Source: Macrostomum lignano (taxonomy: Eukaryota). Taken from it: a stretch of DNA of 64,000 nucleotides. A program made the translations under genes and the position numbers. The notes under the pieces are model-generated. The model did no database searches and was not told the origin of the DNA. It saw nothing but the letters and a program-made list of their open reading frames with translations. Below, in pieces: positions 58,916 to 64,000 of the stretch; the stretch's first letter is position 1; every line of letters begins with the position of its first letter. The stretch is taken from positions 36,865 to 100,864 of the forward strand of contig NIVC01003379.1 in NCBI GenBank assembly GCA_002269645.1, written 5' to 3'.

Positions 58916-59303
58916 TTATACTTAAAAGTTCAAACAAAATGACTCGAAACAGTCAGAAACTCGCAGACTGGGATAGAGGAAGGTTCTTGTTTTTTGCGTT
59001 TTTATTTGTTTACTCAATCCTAGCACGCCAAGTTCTAGCTGTGGGCCTCCTTGACACGAGGGAGAAAGGGGAAGAAAAGGAAAAAAGGAAGGACGAGGTG
59101 CGTCAGTCGAAGGTACACACAGTCGAGCACGGGCGAATAAAATCGAAAGCTGGTGTGATAGGCCTTGAGACGCAGCCAACAAATGGCCTTTAATATTTTA
59201 GCATTGCGGCAGGAAAATCCGCTGTAATCTGACACCGGCAATACAGTTTACAAACGAGAGCTGGCCAGCCCACTAAACCAGCTGTCGGATTTCCTCCGCA
59301 AAG

Positions 59304-62300
59304 ATGAGCGACAATGAGGAACGAATCTGCCTCGTACCAAAAGACGACGACGAATGGAAGCAGCAAAAGCCGACGGTGACACAAGGAGACACGATCGATG
59401 CTACCATAGTAGAGGAGGCTTCAACTTCTTCATCGACGGCTGCAGTCACTACGGCACTGTCAGCAACAGCATCGGCACCATCGGCAGCCTCAAACAGCAG
59501 CAGCAGCAACAACAAGCGAAGGAGAAAGCTAAGAAGAGCCGGTACAGTTATTGGTGGAAGCAAGAGATTTTCGAGCCATGGTGGCGGCGGGAGCGGCAGC
59601 GGCGGAGTGGCTGGAGGCAGACGGGTGCTGGCTAAGAAGGCCAGTCTGGTTGCTATCGCATCGTCCAAGAGGCACACAAGTAAAAAAGTGAGTAGATCGG
59701 AGGCCACAAGATGTTGCATCAAGCAGAGGGGGGGGGGTTGTAGCCTACTGGTTAGGGGGTTCGATTCTTGACCACCCAGAACAACTTGTGTCCTTGAGAA
59801 AGACACCTCAACTCTGCATTGCTTCAGTTCACCCAGCAGTAAAATGGGTGACAGCATTACCTGGGGTAATTGAGGGCTTGTGTGGCGATGGCAACCCCCA
59901 GATTTTAGACTCAACAGCCGCAAGCAGCCTTCAGATGCGCCACGCAATAGCCAGTTGTACGAGCTACATCTGCCTATTAAGGCAGGTGTAGTAAAAAAGC
60001 TGTCAGTGAAGATGCTATGATAGTGGAGATGAGATCTCACTGGAGATCAGATATTAGTAGATAACATGAGAAAGAAATAGGGTTAAGGTGAAGGTAAAGA
60101 TTATACATCCGTGAATATAAGAGCTCAGTGGAGATTCAATATCAATAAGGACGAGATTTCATTAGGGATGAAGGTTGAGATGTCAGTAGGGATAAGGGGA
60201 TAAGTTCTCAATATGTCATTTCATCACTCGTAGGTAGCTGTAGCCGACTGAAACTATAAATAATGATCAAATATGAATACAAGTCAATAAGATTGCAATC
60301 AAACAATTCTTTTTCAAAACTATCAATTGCTCGGCCGTATTAATTCCCCTATAGAACATTAGGGCGCCCAATTATGCTGAAGAAGAGATAAAGAAATTGA
60401 CTATGAAAAAAGGATGGGAAACGCGCATATTTTTATTTGCATATAACAACGCTTGTCCCCTAATTGCGATTGAAATTCAATTATCCAGTACTAAATTTTC
60501 TATTTTGAGTTATGGCACGCATTATAGCTATATTGGATTAGAAGATAAGCAAATATATATTGGAATAAATTCGGCAAGGGGTGCTTAGGAAAATGAGTAG
60601 TGGTTGGGAGTACCAACTAGTTTTCTCCTCTATTCTCCGATTCCAACAATCTATAGTGCGAAATGCCAAATTCAGTGTGTTAAGGAAATGATGACGGCTC
60701 GAGTTACGAGCCGGTTTCTGGAGAGGATTTAAAAAGCGCCAAACAGTCCTTCTCCCGTCAACTCACGTCTAGTTGGCAGATACCTGGGTACACGCAAGAG
60801 ACACCCGCTGAGGACTTAGAGAACTCTTATTCAACTCGCATCAAAACTTCTTACAGATATCGGATCATTTTAACAGCATCAACAAGCTGGCTCAGAAGAG
60901 GGCTCTGATGCGTTCGAAGCAAATTGACCAGCTGTTGCTGACTGACCAGGAAGCCAAGCGCAAGGAGATTCACCTGCTGCTGATTGGTTTGTTTTTTACT
61001 CTAGTACAAACGACACACGTTAAAACAGTTTCTTTCTTAAACATCTAATAATTCCAAATACCTCGACGTCTTAAGTGTGTCTACCATATCCTGAAGTGTG
61101 TCTACCACAGCCTGAAGTGTGACTACCACAGCCTGAAGTGTGTCTAACATAGCATGAAGTGTGTCTACCACAGCCTGAAGTGTGTCTCTCGACAGACTAA
61201 AGTGTTTTTACCTCAGACTAAAGTGTCTCACGGCCTCTGTAGTGTCTCGACAGGATAAAATATGTCTAGTACAGTCTACAAGTGTCTATCAATCAAAGTG
61301 TGTCTCACCATAAAGTTTAAGTATATTATGCACTTAAAACGATTACAGTATATATTAATTATTATCCGTTGTTCAGCGCTATTCCGTTAGATTAATTTTT
61401 TAACTGCCGATTTTTTTTCAACAAAAACGTATATTAACGTTAAATCCATGTTTCACTTTTTCACATTAACCTAGGCGGCAACGGATGCGGCAAGAGTACG
61501 TTAGTGAAACAGTTTCGAATTCACTACGGAGACGCATTCCCGGACGAGCAACGCAAGGCGCTGATCGGTCAGGTGCTGGAGAATCTAGCAGATGCGGTGC
61601 ACATTGTGCTGGAGAATATGCGCACTAGGGACATCTGGTTTCACGATCCCTACATCAAGGTAGGAAGGTAGCGGTTTTTATTCTACATCAAAGTTTGATT
61701 GCAGCTGTTGTTGGTCAAAGGGACTGTTTCGAAATTCTAGAAATTATCTATCAGAGGACTTGGGCCAGAAGGCTTTCGCTCGATTCCAGGCGTAGCTACA
61801 TCAAATTTGAATCCACATATTGGGATATTTTTGCTCGACCCATGGCAGACAAAGTCGGGGCTGCAGTGCATCTTTAGTGCGCCCCTCATGTCTCTGTACT
61901 TGTGTAGCTTTGGCTTTAGGGAACCGCAAAAATTCAAGGGTTCACTTCCTCAGTGCCAGGGTTTTGGAGTTGGTTTTCTTGAACAAGCCCCAGGCAAATA
62001 TTCATACACCAGACCCGAATTCTGTGGCCCGCATGGAATGCAACTCACACGGAGATTTAAGACCATTGTTAATCGCGCACCAACCAGGACATGGTTGAAG
62101 AATTCCAAGCCTACTGTCCGAAATTCAACAGTCTAATATTTCGCCACTCCGGCAAACAAGTGGACATTGAGAACAGCATTCACTACGCGCACCGTTGATT
62201 TTGTGGACGACGATACGCTGGCATCGGCGCCGACTGACACTGACCTGCCTAGCAGTTGCGGTCACGACAACGCGCATGAACTACTATTATTCGATGTTAG

Positions 62301-63245
62301 CTACCGAGAGGCCAGGCGAAACAACTTAGACTTGAACGGACTTGACGGACTGGCTTCGGGTGGGGACGGCAACGGAGGCGACACGGCGTCAGCTTCGTTA
62401 ATAATCTATTATAATACGCAGGTGAGAAAGACGCGTCTCACCGGATGAGTCTTTTTGGAGCATCGTATTAAATAGATAAAGAATAAGAAGTCCACGAGGA
62501 TTATAAAAAACCAGTTATTTTCTTCTTATCATGTTTTCTTCTACATGTAAAATGAAGTCATTCTACAAGCGCACATTAAGATCTTAGTACATTTTGGTCC
62601 TCATAAATGTGAATTAATGTAACTATAAGGTCATTTCAAGCATGTGAATGCACATTTTTGTCCTTGTTTAGCGCGGCCCGGCGCCTCTAAAGGCTGCGTA
62701 CGGCTGTTCAGTCCAAGGACTGGCACCCATTTTACAGCTGGGTGAACTGCAGCAATGCAGAGTAAAGTGTCTTGCTCAAGGACACAAATTTAAACTCAAG
62801 GTCCTTTCTATCCGATATATAAAAACACCGCAGGGCCTCGAGGACAGCCAGTCGCGAAGCGGACGACCGAGACCGTGAGCGAGAGACGCACACGGCCAGG
62901 ACCTACATTAGCAGTCTGGAATTTGGCAAATTCTCCAGACGTCAAAGACGCCAACAACTGCAAAACCTGAGCGGAGAGGATGCCGGACTGAACCAGCTGG
63001 ACGATGGCAGCTCCGACAGCAGCTGCGCCAGGCTGGTTGAGCACCTTCACCTAGGCGACGCGCACGACACCGACTCCTCGGGAGGTCGGCGCGCCTCGTC
63101 AACCCTGGACGGCTTGCCGCCTCACGACGAAATCGTGTTCTGCTTCGTGGCGACACATAAAGAACTGCATTGTGCAGCCGGAGTTCGAATTGTGCCTCGC
63201 TGATCACGAGTACTTCAAGCCGGAGATTACCTACGCCGAGATGTA
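59304..63245 (+). CDS. Divergent heterotrimeric G-protein alpha-like gene with long N-terminal extension; continues beyond the window
   Basis: Exons ~60877-60986 and 61475-61659 splice to RSKQIDQLL..DQEAKRKEIHLLLIGGNGCGKSTLVKQFRIHYGDAFPDEQRK...VLENL (alphaN, G1, alphaA). ~63150-63240 gives IKNCIVQPEFELCLADHEY (alphaD/E-like). Upstream exons 59304-~59680 and ~60685-60787 are proposed; helical-domain exons are uncertain. Confidence 0.75.
59739..59960 (+). mobile_element. tRNA-derived SINE copy with an internal deletion in the tRNA head
   Basis: tgtagcctactggttagggggttcgattc...gtgtccttgagaaagacacc...cagttcacccagcagtaaaatgggt...cagccttcagatgcgcc. Confidence 0.8.
61070..61200. repeat. 21-bp minisatellite in a G-alpha intron
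   Basis: Unit tgaagtgtgtctaccacagcc, degenerating downstream. Confidence 0.9.
62670..62790 (-). mobile_element. Truncated SINE copy (core and tail only)
   Basis: aaggctgcgtacggctgttcagtccaaggactggcacccattttacagctgggtgaactg...gtgtcttgctcaaggacac. Confidence 0.8.
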
Positions 63246-63344
63246 GTGAGTTACTTCGTTTCTTTTTTGAGGGTCTGACGCGACAGTCTAGCTGTCCTCT
63301 TGATTGTTAATCTGTTTTTTTATATTCAATAGTGACTAGTTCAG

Positions 63345-64000
63345 TAGGGCAGCGATTCTCATTGCCCTAAAGTGTGATTCTCATTGCCCTAAAGTGTGAT
63401 TCTCATTGCCCTAAAGTGTGATTCTCATTGCCCTAAAGTGTGATTCTCATTGCCCTAAAGTGTGATTCTCATTGCCCTAAAGTGTGATTCTCATTGCTAA
63501 AGTGTGATTCTCATTGTCCTAAAGTGTGATTCTCATTGCCCTAAAGTGTGATTCTCATTGCCCTAAAGTGTCATTCTCATTGCCCTAAAGTGTGATTCTC
63601 ATTGCCCTAAAGTGTCATTCTCATTGCCCTAAAGTGTCATTCTCATTGCCCTAAAGTGTGATTCTCATTGCCCTAAAGTGTGATTCTCATTGCCCTAAAG
63701 TGTGATTCTCATTGCCCTAAAGTGTGATTCTCATTGCCCTAAAGTGTGATTCTCATTGCCCTAAAGTGTGATTCTCATTGTCCTAAAGTGTGATTCTCAT
63801 TGCCCTAAAGTGTGATTCTCATTGCCCTAAAGTGTCATTCTCATTGCCCTAAAGTGTGATTCTCATTGCCCTAAAGTGTGATTCTCATTGCCCTAAAGTG
63901 TGATTCTCATTGCCCCTAAAGTGTGATTCTCATTGCCATAAAGTGTGATTCTCATTGCCCTAAAGTGTGATTTCTCATTGCCCTAAAGTGTGATTCTCAT
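63345..64000 (-). repeat. 22-bp satellite, ~30 copies, running off the window end
   Basis: Unit attctcattgccctaaagtgtg. Confidence 0.97.

Overview
Eukaryotic (invertebrate animal) genomic DNA, shown by GT-AG introns, tRNA-derived SINEs and metazoan gene families. The GC-rich exons and repeat-filled introns are reminiscent of the flatworm Macrostomum, but this cannot be verified here. The first ~36 kb is a nest of transposons: (1) a mariner 3' remnant; (2) a decayed MULE/NOF-like transposase spliced to a USP-like protease domain; (3) a broken EnSpm/CACTA-type element fused to an integrase-deleted Gypsy; (4) a foldback-like element; (5) a 16.8-kb TIR element (19194-35981, 8-bp TSD GTACTAGC) holding three CCC...GGG elements with 2-bp TSDs, one with an intact 699-codon transposase ORF. 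The last ~25 kb holds host genes: a single-BIR IAP with no RING, a FYTTD1/UIF-like RGG protein with a 1-bp frameshift, the DNA-binding half of BRCA2 (5 exons, no 5' part found), an intact 1283-aa NLR (DZIP3-type HEPN, coiled coil, CARD, NACHT, LRR), and a divergent N-terminally extended G-alpha with an atypical P-loop. Many introns and intergenic gaps are filled with minisatellites. No CRISPR, rRNA or true tRNA genes were seen. All family assignments come from motif recognition by eye, not database searches.
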